DNA from: Spirochaetia bacterium
Lineage (GTDB): Bacteria > Spirochaetota > Spirochaetia > SZUA-6 > Bin103
NCBI GenBank assembly: GCA_965203905.1
Contig: CBDBDQ010000005.1
Coordinates: 4,960,001 to 5,024,000 of the forward strand
Direction of reading: 5' to 3'
Length of the DNA: 64,000 nt
Shown here: in pieces, positions 1 to 9,324 of the stretch
How positions within the stretch are numbered: position 1 is the first letter of the stretch
Layout: each line of letters opens with the position of its first letter
Notes under the pieces: generated by a model
What the model was told of the DNA's origin: nothing
The model's database searches: none
The model's input: the letters and a program-made list of their open reading frames with translations, nothing else
Translations under genes and position numbers: made by a program

Positions 1-2
1 GC

Positions 3-350
3 TCTATCAACTTCGCCGGCGGGATAGGCGCCGGCGTGGAGTGGATCAAGTGGCGGGACACCCAGGGACAATCCGGCGAGGAGCCTCCTGAGGAAGTAAA
101 GGAGTGGTTCGAGGGCACCGATAAGTTCGTGGTCCTCCCGCAGGGCTCGCCCGAGTACATCGAACTGGGGCAGGAGCTGTTCGACTGGTTCATCGATCAG
201 GTCAACCTGATCGGCACTGTCACGGACATCCGGCAACCCATAGTTCTGAACAAGGATCTGAGGAACGTCGCCCTGGACCAGGGTGTGTACACGTGGGACA
301 GTCTGTACGTGTATTCTTACCTTCCAGAGGTGTGGTTTTTCGATAATTGA
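3..350 (+). CDS. ABC transporter family-5 substrate-binding protein, C-terminal part (runs off window start)
   Basis: Frame is open from the window edge. C-terminal 'IGTV...PIVLNKDLRNV...YLPEVWFF' matches the ends of the SBPs at 30005 and 41106. Followed by DppB/DppC genes. Confidence 0.85.
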   Translation, partial: SINFAGGIGAGVEWIKWRDTQGQSGEEPPEEVKEWFEGTDKFVVLPQGSPEYIELGQELFDWFIDQVNLIGTVTDIRQPIVLNKDLRNVALDQGVYTWDSLYVYSYLPEVWFFDN

Positions 351-354
351 GCAA

Positions 355-384
355 CAGGGGCCGCCCGCAAGAGGGCGGCCCCTG
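355..384 (+). terminator. GC-rich stem-loop after SBP gene (terminator or mRNA-stabilising hairpin)
   Basis: CAGGGGCCGCCC-gcaaga-GGGCGGCCCCTG, perfect 12-bp stem with no U-tract. Confidence 0.6.
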
Positions 385-404
385 CTAGCACAGGGAATCC
401 GCGT

Positions 405-1391
405 TTGCTGCCCTACATCGTTCGGCGGATGAGCTATATGGTGGTTGTGCTCTTGGCCACGGCCACCGTGTCGTTCATGCTGATCGAGCTTCCTCCCGGC
501 GACTACCTCACTTCCTACATCGTGCAGCTCCGCGAGAGCGGGAACGTTGTCTCCAAGGCGGAGATCGCCGCGCTGGAGCAGCAGTACGGTCTGAACCTGC
601 CACTGCATCGCCGCTACCTGAAGTGGTTGGGCGACATGCTGCGAGGGAATTTTGGCAGATCCTTCGAATGGAACAGACCCGTGGGCGAGCTACTTGTCGA
701 GCGCTTGCCCCTGACGATCATCATCTCCAGCTTCTCGATGGTATTCATCTACGGGGTAGGCGTGCCCATAGGCATGTATTCGGCCCTCCACCAGTATTCC
801 GTTCGTGACTATGCATTCACCTTTCTCGGTGTCATCGGCCTCGCCACGCCGAACTTTCTTCTGGCCTTGATTCTGATGTTCGGCTTCTATTCCTGGTTCG
901 GCTGGAGTCCGGGAGGCCTCTTCTCTCCTGAGTACGAGGTCGCCGCCTGGAGCATCGCCAAGTTTCTGGACATGCTGAAACACCTGCCCGTGCCCGTCAT
1001 TGTTATCGGTACGGCCGGCACCGCGGGAGTGATCCGGGTCATGCGGGGCGTCTTGCTGGACGAGCTGACAAAGCAATACGTCATTACTGCACGCGCCAAA
1101 GGGGTCGTCGAAAGAAAACTGCTGTTCAAGTATCCCGTGCGGGTTTCGATCAACCCCATCGTGAGCACCATAGGTTGGGTGCTGCCTGCCGTTGTCTCGG
1201 GGTCCACCATTACCGCGATCGTGCTGAGTCTGCCCACCACCGGGGCCTTGCTGTTTGGCGCTCTGATGAGCCAGGACAGCTATCTGGCGGGAAGCGCCGT
1301 GCTGTTTCTGAGCGTTCTGACGGTCCTCGGCACGTTCATCTCCGATATGCTGTTGCTGTGGCTTGATCCGCGGATTCGCTATGAAAAATAG
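405..1391 (+). CDS. Dpp/Opp-type ABC transporter permease (DppB-like)
   Basis: 'LPPGDY', 'YGLNLP...YLKW...GNFGRS', EAA loop 'YVITARAKG', terminal 'LDPRIRY'. Confidence 0.92.
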   Translation: MLPYIVRRMSYMVVVLLATATVSFMLIELPPGDYLTSYIVQLRESGNVVSKAEIAALEQQYGLNLPLHRRYLKWLGDMLRGNFGRSFEWNRPVGELLVERLPLTIIISSFSMVFIYGVGVPIGMYSALHQYSVRDYAFTFLGVIGLATPNFLLALILMFGFYSWFGWSPGGLFSPEYEVAAWSIAKFLDMLKHLPVPVIVIGTAGTAGVIRVMRGVLLDELTKQYVITARAKGVVERKLLFKYPVRVSINPIVSTIGWVLPAVVSGSTITAIVLSLPTTGALLFGALMSQDSYLAGSAVLFLSVLTVLGTFISDMLLLWLDPRIRYEK

Positions 1392-2514
1392 GCGAAGCAG
1401 CATGCCGGAAGGACGCGGCATCAGCGCCGAGGAGAGGTACTACATAGCGTCTCAGTGGCAGCTTGTGTGGCGGAAGTTCAGGAAGCATAAGCTGGCCGTT
1501 ACTGGTGGCGTGGTGCTCTTCATCTTCTACCTGCTGGCGGCCTTTGCCGAGTTTGTGGCTCCCTACGGCCCGCTGGATCGCACGGACTACCGGTATCATC
1601 CGCCCCAGAGGATTCGGCTGGTCGACGCGGCAGGCCGGTTCCATTTCGGCTTCTTCGTGTACGGCATCGAAAAGACGCGCAATGCGGAGACCTGGAGCTG
1701 GGAGTTCGCCGAAGACAACAGCAAGCGCTACGCGATTTCTTTCTTCGTGCGTGGCCGCCCGTACCGGCTCTGGGGCCTGTTCGAGACGAATCTCCATCTG
1801 TTCGGCCTGCAGGATCCCGCAGCGCCCTTGCTGCTGTTTGGCACCGACCGGTTGGGCAGAGACTTGTTCTCCCGGATCATTTACGGTACCCGCGTTTCCT
1901 TGAGCATCGGCCTGGTAGGCGTGGCAATCGCCTTCGCTCTGGGCTGCATACTGGGCGGCGTGTCGGGATACTTCGGCGGCACCATCGACGTCATCATCCA
2001 AAGGGTTATCGAGTTCTTCCTATCGCTGCCATATATTCCGCTGTGGATGGCCCTCGCCGCTGCCGTTCCCGCGGATTGGCCGATTATCAGGACCTACTTC
2101 GCCATTACGATAATTGTCTCGTTCATGGGCTGGTGCCAGCTCGCAAGGGTGGTGCGGGGCAAGCTCATCAGCGTGCGCGAAGAGGACTACATCCTGGCGG
2201 CTGGAATCGCCGGCGCCAAGGACCGGGTGATCATCATCAAGCATCTTCTGCCGTCGTTCTTGAGCTATCTGATCGTGAGCCTGACGCTGTCCATACCCAA
2301 CATGATCATTGGCGAGACGGCTCTGAGCTTTCTCGGCCTTGGAATCCGTCCCCCGGCCATCAGCTGGGGCGCGCTGCTCAAAGGAGCGCAGCAAGTGAAC
2401 GTCGTAGCTCTCTACCCCTGGCTTCTCATGCCGGGCCTGTTCGTCATCACTGCCGTCATCGCTTTCAGCTTTCTGGGAGACGGACTGCGCGACGCATCCG
2501 ATCCGTACAAGTAG
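1381..2514 (+). CDS. Dpp/Opp-type ABC transporter permease (DppC-like)
   Basis: 'FGTDRLGRDLFSR', 'ETALSFLGLG..PP..SWG', terminal 'GDGLRDASDPY'. Start codon uncertain (1363/1381/1402). Confidence 0.92.
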   Translation: MKNRRSSMPEGRGISAEERYYIASQWQLVWRKFRKHKLAVTGGVVLFIFYLLAAFAEFVAPYGPLDRTDYRYHPPQRIRLVDAAGRFHFGFFVYGIEKTRNAETWSWEFAEDNSKRYAISFFVRGRPYRLWGLFETNLHLFGLQDPAAPLLLFGTDRLGRDLFSRIIYGTRVSLSIGLVGVAIAFALGCILGGVSGYFGGTIDVIIQRVIEFFLSLPYIPLWMALAAAVPADWPIIRTYFAITIIVSFMGWCQLARVVRGKLISVREEDYILAAGIAGAKDRVIIIKHLLPSFLSYLIVSLTLSIPNMIIGETALSFLGLGIRPPAISWGALLKGAQQVNVVALYPWLLMPGLFVITAVIAFSFLGDGLRDASDPYK

Positions 2515-2536
2515 CAGCGGGTACAATGGTTCGAGT

Positions 2537-4012
2537 ATGAATTGCCGAATTGCCGTCATCACGGACATCCACTACTGCGTCACGCCGCCGATCATCACGG
2601 CCCGACAAGGCCAGTGGGGTGCGCTGCTGCTGCGCCGCACGATCGAGCGGTTGAACCGTTATGTCAAGCCGGATGTCACCGTCGTCCTGGGCGATCTGCT
2701 AGATGACCCGCACGCTGCCGACGCGTCGGCTCTGCTGGTGGCACTGCGTGACCTCCTGGAGCGACTCGACTGCCCATGGCTGGCGCTGCCCGGCAATCAC
2801 GATCCGAGTCCGGCCGTATTCTACGACGTCTTCGAGCGCGTCGAGCATCTGGATGTCAACAATGTGCGCCTGGCGAGCTTCGTGGATGCCGAGGAACCGG
2901 GCTACAACGCGTCGCGGAGCGCGGCGGACCTGAACCGGATGGCCGCCGTGGCCCACGGCCATCGCGGGCCGCTGGTGGCGCTGCAGCACGTGCCCGTCGA
3001 CGAACCCGGCGGCGAGGCCAGCTACGGCTACACCAACTGCGCCGAAGTCACCGCCGCGATGCGCGCCCATGGGTACACGCTGGCAGTGGGCGGTCACTAT
3101 CACCCCGGTGTCGGGCTGCGGCAGCAGGACGGGGTGACGACGCTGGTCGTGCCGGCGCTGTGTGAGGCGCCGTTCTCGTTCGCCGTTGTGACGATTGACG
3201 ATGACGACATCGGCGTCGAAGTGCTGGAGCATCGGCTGCAGGGTTCGCTGGCATTGCACGACTACCACTCGCATACCCAGTTTGCCTACTGCGGCGAAGA
3301 TGTAGACATGGCGCAGAGTGCGGGTTTCGCGGCGATGATCGGGCTCCAGCAGTTGGCGTTCACCGAACACAGCGGCCAGCTCTACTTCGACAGCCCGACG
3401 TACTGGAGCGGCAGGATCGGAGAGAGCGGCATCGACGGCAGGACCGGGCGGGCAGAGCGGATGGCCGACTACTGGCAAGCCGCCGCCGAGCATCGCAGCG
3501 ACTCCGTGTTGGTCGGGCTCGAGGTCGACGCCGACTTCGCCGGTAACCCGGTGGCCGCGCCTGCCGACCTGGAGCGGGCCGATATCGTCGTCGGCGCCGT
3601 TCACTGGCTGCCGGAGTTGCGAACCCCCGTACCTGACACCGCGCGTGCGGCCGACGAGTTCCTCCGCATCGTAGATCGGCTCTGCCGCCACGGCATCGAC
3701 GTGCTGGCACATCCTTTCCGCGTCTTCCGGCGCGCGGGCATTGCGGTGCCGACGTCGCTGTTCGCCCCCACGGTGGCGCTGTTGCGGGAGCACGGGGTGG
3801 CAGCGGAGATCAACTTCCACACCAACGAGCCGCCACCATCGTTCTTCGCCGACTGCATCAGGGCGGGCGTTCGCATCAGCTTTGGGAGTGACGCCCATGC
3901 GCTGTACGAGATCGGGGAGTTCCACCCCCACCTGGCGCTGCTTGCCGACATCGGCTTCGACGGCGATTTGACCGACATTCTGCTGCCCAAAGTGTCGATC
4001 CCCGGTTGCTGA
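2537..4012 (+). CDS. Calcineurin-like metallophosphoesterase fused to PHP domain
   Basis: N-half: DIH, GDLLD, GNHD, H, GHYH. C-half: HSHT, TEH, GLEVD, AVH, AHP, GSDAH. Confidence 0.85.
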   Translation: MNCRIAVITDIHYCVTPPIITARQGQWGALLLRRTIERLNRYVKPDVTVVLGDLLDDPHAADASALLVALRDLLERLDCPWLALPGNHDPSPAVFYDVFERVEHLDVNNVRLASFVDAEEPGYNASRSAADLNRMAAVAHGHRGPLVALQHVPVDEPGGEASYGYTNCAEVTAAMRAHGYTLAVGGHYHPGVGLRQQDGVTTLVVPALCEAPFSFAVVTIDDDDIGVEVLEHRLQGSLALHDYHSHTQFAYCGEDVDMAQSAGFAAMIGLQQLAFTEHSGQLYFDSPTYWSGRIGESGIDGRTGRAERMADYWQAAAEHRSDSVLVGLEVDADFAGNPVAAPADLERADIVVGAVHWLPELRTPVPDTARAADEFLRIVDRLCRHGIDVLAHPFRVFRRAGIAVPTSLFAPTVALLREHGVAAEINFHTNEPPPSFFADCIRAGVRISFGSDAHALYEIGEFHPHLALLADIGFDGDLTDILLPKVSIPGC

Positions 4013-4134
4013 CGAACCCAAAATGCGGACATGACTACTTCAGTTTCCTGTCGTCTTTAGCAAGCCGGCTGTTCGAGAACTTGAACTTCTGGCCCTGCGC
4101 CCTCGTGATGTAAAGTCGCAGAGGGCCTTAGCGG

Positions 4135-6804
4135 ATGACAAACACGAATTTGCCTGGCAATCAGATCAGCGTAGACAGATCACCGACCGATTTCCAGCCG
4201 GGCGACAGCCTGCTCGTGGCGATGCTGCGCGCGGGCCTTCACCCGACGGGCGGCGGTTGCCTTTGCCTGGCCGGTGACTGCCCGCACTGCATAGCCACGG
4301 TGGACGGCGTGGGCTACACGCGCACGTGCCAGGTCGCGGCCAAGCGCGGCGTGGTGGTGGAGCGCCATCACGCGCAAGGCGGTCGTCCGCCCTTGATTGA
4401 CCCTGAGCAGCGCGAATCGCACGTCGACGCACGGCACATTCACTGCGATGTTGTGGTGATCGGGGGAGGCGATGCAGGTAGGGAGGAGGTGGATCGTGCC
4501 GGGGCCGCCGGCAAGGATGTCGTGACGCTGGATGCACGCGACGGCCGGGAGGTCGCGGGGATCTATCATGGACCGCTGGTCGTCGCGAGGAGCGGGGGAG
4601 GAACGCTCTGCGTCCATCCGCGCGAAGCGATCGTGGTCGCGACCGGCGCGGCCGAGATCCAACCGGTGGCGCCGGGCGCCGAGCTGGCGGGGCTGGTGAC
4701 GGCCCGTGCAGTACGCGCTCTGGCGGAGGCGGGGATCGACCTGGGGCGGGTCGTCGCGGTGGGGATGCCGCCCGAAGGGGTGGACGCCGAGCGAGTCGAA
4801 GGACGCGTCGTTCGCTTCGAAGGCGCAGGGCGTGTAGAGGCCGTGGTGGTCGCCGCGCCCGACGAGAGCGAAACTCGTCACGCGTGCGACACGGTCTCGC
4901 TGGGTCTGGGCTTTCAGCCGCGAGACGCACTGGCGAGGATGGGCCGCGGCCTGCCGGTCCGAGTGGTCGGCGCGGCAGCCGGTGCGTCGGACATCCCGCC
5001 GTGCCCGCGGGAAGGAACGGTCTGCCCATGCTCTGGTGTGACCGTGGCCGACCTGGAGCACGTCTGGGCACGAGGGTTCCACGAGCTGGAGATGGTCAAG
5101 CGGGCGACACTCGCCGGGACCGGGACGTGTCAGGGCTCGGCCTGTCTGCCTCACGTGCGCAGCTTCCTGGCCGAGAAGGGCCGCGAGCTTCAGCCGCCGT
5201 TCACGGCGCGCCCGCTCACGCGACAGCTCACGGTCGGCGAGATCGCGGCCGGTGCCTGTCACCACTCAACGCCGCGCACGCCGCTGCACGACGAGCACCT
5301 CCGTCTCGGTGCGCGGATGGACCGGACAGGAGGGTGGTGGCGTCCCTGGACCTACGGCGATTCGATTGCCGAGTATCGGGCCGTGCGCGAGGCGGTCTCG
5401 GTTATGGATGTGAGTACGCTGGGAAAATTTCTCGTATCCGGGCCGGACACGCTCCCGTTCCTGGAGTTGCTGTATCCGACGAAAGTCTCGACGCTTCGCC
5501 CCGGTCGCTCCCGATATGTGCTGCTGCTGGACGAGCGCGGCTACGTCCTGGACGACGGCCTGATCTGCAGAGAGGGCGATGACCGGTTCTATCTTACGCT
5601 GACGAGCGCCGGATCCACGTTCGGCGAGATGTGGATCCGCGACTGGGCGGAGTCCGGGGGCTTCGACGTCCACCTGTTGAACCAGACCCAGTCGCTGGGC
5701 GCCATCAACGTGACCGGTCCGCGGGCGGCGGAGCTGCTGGCGAAGACCCGCGTGGAGAAGCTGCCCGGGTTCGCGCGCCACGGCGTCGGCGAAGTGGCAG
5801 GCGTGACCTGCCGGATCCTGCGCCTGAGCTTCACCGGAGAGCTGTCGTACGAGCTCCACCACGCGGCCGGCGATTCGGTCCACCTCTGGCGGACGCTGCT
5901 CGAGCACGGCGAGGATATGGGCATCCATCCTCACGGGATGGATGCCCTGCTTCAGCTTCGGCTGGAGAAGGGGCACATCGTCGTCGGTCAGGACACGGAC
6001 TTCGATTCTACGCCGCGCCGGATCCACCACGAGTGGGCGGTGAAGCTGGACAAGCGGGAGTTCCTCGGCCGCCAGGCGCTCGTACGCACCGGCAAGGTGC
6101 CTCTGGACCGCCGGCTGGTCGGTCTGGAGATGGACCTGCCGGCGCCGATGGAGGGTGCGGTCCTCTGGAACGGGCAGGACTACGCAGGCTACGTGACCTC
6201 GAGCGGCACCTCGCACAGCCTCGGCAAGACGGTGATGCTGGCCTGGCTGTGGCTGACGAACGGGAAGCTCCCGGAGACTGTCACGATTGAGGGCCGGACG
6301 GCGCGCCTGGCCGAGCTGCCGTTCTACGATTCGGAAAACGAGCGGTCGCGGGTCAAGGTTGCACTCGACGTCACCAGGTCTGTGGACGGAATCTCGGCGA
6401 AGGCAGGGGATGACCAGGACCTGGGACGGTTCGAGCGGCTCGAGGCGACCCGAATCGTGGCGTCGCCTGAGACGCTGGATCGGTTGAGCCTGCCGGCCGG
6501 AGCCTTCGCCCTGAGGACCGCCCCCGACGAGCTTCTTGTCGAAGGTGAGATGCCGCACGACGCTCTGGACGACAACCACGCGATCGTTGAGCGTGAGACA
6601 AGCTTCGCATCGGCCTGGGTGGAGAGGGAGGAGGCGACACGGTTTCTGCAGCGGGCGTGTCCGTGGGCGCTGCCGACCGAGCGTCCGGCCTTCGCCCAGG
6701 GATCGGTGGCCGAGATTCCGGTCAAGCTGTGGTTCGAGGAGGCGACCGTGCGGTTCGTCGTGCCGGCCGCGTATGCCGCCGACCTCGAGGAGCAGATGAC
6801 GTGA
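4135..6804 (+). CDS. Sarcosine oxidase alpha-like subunit (2Fe-2S, flavin-binding, BFD-like, GcvT folate-binding) with C-terminal gamma-like domain
   Basis: CLCLAGDCPHC..TC; DVVVIGGG; ATGA; CPC..KRAT..GTGTCQG..C; 'DVSTLGK', 'SFTGELSYE', 'LRLEKG'. Confidence 0.82.
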   Translation: MTNTNLPGNQISVDRSPTDFQPGDSLLVAMLRAGLHPTGGGCLCLAGDCPHCIATVDGVGYTRTCQVAAKRGVVVERHHAQGGRPPLIDPEQRESHVDARHIHCDVVVIGGGDAGREEVDRAGAAGKDVVTLDARDGREVAGIYHGPLVVARSGGGTLCVHPREAIVVATGAAEIQPVAPGAELAGLVTARAVRALAEAGIDLGRVVAVGMPPEGVDAERVEGRVVRFEGAGRVEAVVVAAPDESETRHACDTVSLGLGFQPRDALARMGRGLPVRVVGAAAGASDIPPCPREGTVCPCSGVTVADLEHVWARGFHELEMVKRATLAGTGTCQGSACLPHVRSFLAEKGRELQPPFTARPLTRQLTVGEIAAGACHHSTPRTPLHDEHLRLGARMDRTGGWWRPWTYGDSIAEYRAVREAVSVMDVSTLGKFLVSGPDTLPFLELLYPTKVSTLRPGRSRYVLLLDERGYVLDDGLICREGDDRFYLTLTSAGSTFGEMWIRDWAESGGFDVHLLNQTQSLGAINVTGPRAAELLAKTRVEKLPGFARHGVGEVAGVTCRILRLSFTGELSYELHHAAGDSVHLWRTLLEHGEDMGIHPHGMDALLQLRLEKGHIVVGQDTDFDSTPRRIHHEWAVKLDKREFLGRQALVRTGKVPLDRRLVGLEMDLPAPMEGAVLWNGQDYAGYVTSSGTSHSLGKTVMLAWLWLTNGKLPETVTIEGRTARLAELPFYDSENERSRVKVALDVTRSVDGISAKAGDDQDLGRFERLEATRIVASPETLDRLSLPAGAFALRTAPDELLVEGEMPHDALDDNHAIVERETSFASAWVEREEATRFLQRACPWALPTERPAFAQGSVAEIPVKLWFEEATVRFVVPAAYAADLEEQMT

Positions 6805-8009
6805 ACGAATTTGTAGAGCGCCGCATTTCACTGCGCTGGGGAGATCCGAAGCGCGCCTACGACGTCGTGATCGTGGGCGGCGGCGGTCACGGCCTGGCGA
6901 CCGCATACTACCTGGCGACGCGTCACGGGATCCACAACGTGGCAGTGCTCGAGCGCGGCTACATCGGGAGCGGCAACTCGGGCCGCAACACGACCGTGAT
7001 CCGGTCCAACTACGGGATTCCGGAAGCGGTCCGCTTTTACCAGCACAGCCTGGATCTCTACCAGTCCCTGGAAGAGGAAACCGAGCGCTGGGTGATGCAT
7101 CAGCAGAAAGGGATGCTTTGGCTCGCTCACAGCGAGATGGGAGTTCGGGCGGAGCGCGCACGCGCCGAGGTGAACACGGCCTTCGGCGCCAAGACCGATT
7201 TTGTCGAACCTGAGCAGATTCGCGAGATCTGCCCACAGCTCGACATGAGCGGCGGAGGCGTCTGGCCGATCCTGGGCGCGAGCTATCACGCCGCAGCGGC
7301 GACCGCCCGGCACGACCGGGTCGTGTGGGCCTACGCCGAAGGGGCGATGGCACGCGGGGTCGACGTCATTCAGCGCACGCCGGCCACAGGGCTGCTCACG
7401 GACGGGGATCGAGTCGTCGGCGTGGAGACGCCGAACGGGTCGATCTCTGCCGGCCTGGTCGTCTCCGCGGTCGGGGGCCACGTAACGACACTCGCCTCGA
7501 TGGCCGGTCTGCGGCTGCCGATCCGCACGCATCCGCTGCAGGCCTTCGTCACGAACCATTATCGGAACGAGTTTCACCCGATCGTGTTGTCGGCGGACCT
7601 CCTCTTCTACGTGTCGCAGACCGCCCGGGGCGAGATGCTCCTGGGGGCCGAGATCGACCGCCAGCCGAGCTACTCCTACCGCGCTGGACATCCGTTCATA
7701 CAGTCGCTTGCGCAGCGGGCGATGACGCTCCTGCCCTTTCTGGGCAACCTGAAGGTGCTGCGCCAATGGGCAGGGGTCTGCGACATGAGCCCGGACTATT
7801 CGCCCATCATGGGCAAAACAGGCATGGATGGCTTCTATCTCACGACCGGCTGGGGCACGTGGGGCTTCAAGGCGATCCCGGCCGGCGGGGAACAGATGGC
7901 GAGACTGATCGGAGAGGGAGAGACGCCAGAGTTGATGGCGCCCTTCTCGCTCGACCGGTTTGCGCGCGATCGTACGATGGCCGATCGCGGGTCCGCTGGC
8001 ACACACTAA
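6801..8009 (+). CDS. soxB: Sarcosine oxidase subunit beta-like FAD oxidoreductase
   Basis: 'YDVVIVGGGGHGLATAYYLA', 'GNSGRNTTVIRSNY', 'GWGTWGFKA'. GTG start overlaps the upstream TGA. Confidence 0.88.
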   Translation: MNEFVERRISLRWGDPKRAYDVVIVGGGGHGLATAYYLATRHGIHNVAVLERGYIGSGNSGRNTTVIRSNYGIPEAVRFYQHSLDLYQSLEEETERWVMHQQKGMLWLAHSEMGVRAERARAEVNTAFGAKTDFVEPEQIREICPQLDMSGGGVWPILGASYHAAAATARHDRVVWAYAEGAMARGVDVIQRTPATGLLTDGDRVVGVETPNGSISAGLVVSAVGGHVTTLASMAGLRLPIRTHPLQAFVTNHYRNEFHPIVLSADLLFYVSQTARGEMLLGAEIDRQPSYSYRAGHPFIQSLAQRAMTLLPFLGNLKVLRQWAGVCDMSPDYSPIMGKTGMDGFYLTTGWGTWGFKAIPAGGEQMARLIGEGETPELMAPFSLDRFARDRTMADRGSAGTH

Positions 8010-8018
8010 GAGTTTGAT

Positions 8019-8261
8019 ATGAGCCTGCAAATCGAGTGTCCTCATTGCGGCCGAAGGCCTGTCGAGGAGTTCTCCTACGGGGAGATCCCAACCGTACCTG
8101 ACAGCGTGACGGGCGAGGATGCGCGTGACCTGGACCGGGCCTTTATGCTCGACAACCCGGAAGGGCCCTCTACAGAGCGCTGGTTCCACGCCTTCGGCTG
8201 CCGCAGGTGGCTCACCGTGACGAGGGACACGCGGACGGACGAGATTTTGGGCTATGAGTAA
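8019..8261 (+). CDS. soxD: Sarcosine oxidase subunit delta
   Basis: 'IECPHCGRRPVEEFSYG', 'ERWFHAFGCRRWL..TRDT' Zn-binding pattern. Confidence 0.88.
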   Translation: MSLQIECPHCGRRPVEEFSYGEIPTVPDSVTGEDARDLDRAFMLDNPEGPSTERWFHAFGCRRWLTVTRDTRTDEILGYE

Positions 8262-8280
8262 GAGACGTGAGGAGGTCGCC

Positions 8281-9264
8281 ATGCTACTGGGCCTGGAAAC
8301 ATTCAGCTATCATCTGGCTTTTGCCTACGGCAAGATGGATATCTTCGACTTCATCAAGAGAACCGCCGAGTTTGAGCTGGATGGTGTCGAGATCAATATA
8401 GAAGGCGCCGACCTGGCTCATCTTGGAAGCGACGATCCCGGATTTCTCCGTGACGTTCGTGCGATGACCGACGAACTCGGATTGTACGTCGAACTCGACA
8501 CCTGTGATACGAATCCGCAGAACCTTACCCGGGCGCTTGATATTTGCAAGGCGCTCGGGGCTGACAGGTTGCGGGTCTACTCGAGTGTCGGCGGCGATGT
8601 GCAGGAAGAGCTCGCGCATGCCGCAGAGGATTTTCGCCAGGTCATACCTCTCTGCGCGGACTATGGGGTGAGAATTGCCTATGAGAATCACGAATATGAG
8701 ACGTCCCACGATGTACTGAAAGTCGTCCGCGAGGTGAACAGCGAGTACGTGGGAACGCACGTCGACACCGGAAACTCGATGTTAATGTGGGAGGAGCCCA
8801 TTGAAGCGATCGAGAACATGGCCCCGTATGCGATGAGCACGCACTTCAAGGATCACGTGGTCATAATGGCCGGCGGGCAGCCGGTGGTGGTAGGCGTTCC
8901 CCTCGGCAAAGGCAGCATAGACTGTGCGGAGGCGTTCAGGATCCTTGCCGAACAGTCGCCGCTCGAGCGCATCAATATCGAGGTTTGTTACGGCTACGTC
9001 GCACCTTTTCGGGTTCCCGAAGGTGAAGGCCATGGTGGAAAACTGGGCCAGGGAAGCTTCCGCGTCCAACCACCTCCCCATGACCCCGGTGTGATCGCTC
9101 CCTATACATCGCGCTCTTTGGACACGGATGCAGAGCTGCAAGCCTGGGCGTGGCAGGACCTGGCGAAGCTTGCTCGTTCCGAGGAGGAACGCGAGGAGTT
9201 GCTCGCCTTGCAGGAGCAAGCGGTCATCGACAGCGTTGAATACGTAAAAGGACTGAACCCTTGA
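8281..9264 (+). CDS. Sugar phosphate isomerase/epimerase (xylose-isomerase-like TIM barrel)
   Basis: 'IAYENH', 'DTGN', 'THFKD', 'PLGKGSID', 'INIE'. GGAGG RBS before ATG 8281. Confidence 0.8.
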   Translation: MLLGLETFSYHLAFAYGKMDIFDFIKRTAEFELDGVEINIEGADLAHLGSDDPGFLRDVRAMTDELGLYVELDTCDTNPQNLTRALDICKALGADRLRVYSSVGGDVQEELAHAAEDFRQVIPLCADYGVRIAYENHEYETSHDVLKVVREVNSEYVGTHVDTGNSMLMWEEPIEAIENMAPYAMSTHFKDHVVIMAGGQPVVVGVPLGKGSIDCAEAFRILAEQSPLERINIEVCYGYVAPFRVPEGEGHGGKLGQGSFRVQPPPHDPGVIAPYTSRSLDTDAELQAWAWQDLAKLARSEEEREELLALQEQAVIDSVEYVKGLNP

Positions 9265-9290
9265 GGCCGTCGTCCTTGAATGAGGCGGCC
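9265..9290. terminator. Hairpin between convergent genes
   Basis: GGCCGTC-N12-GGCGGCC immediately after stop 9264. Confidence 0.35.
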
Positions 9291-9324
9291 GAAGTCTATC
9301 TTTGGAGACGGAGGGATGGAGTAG

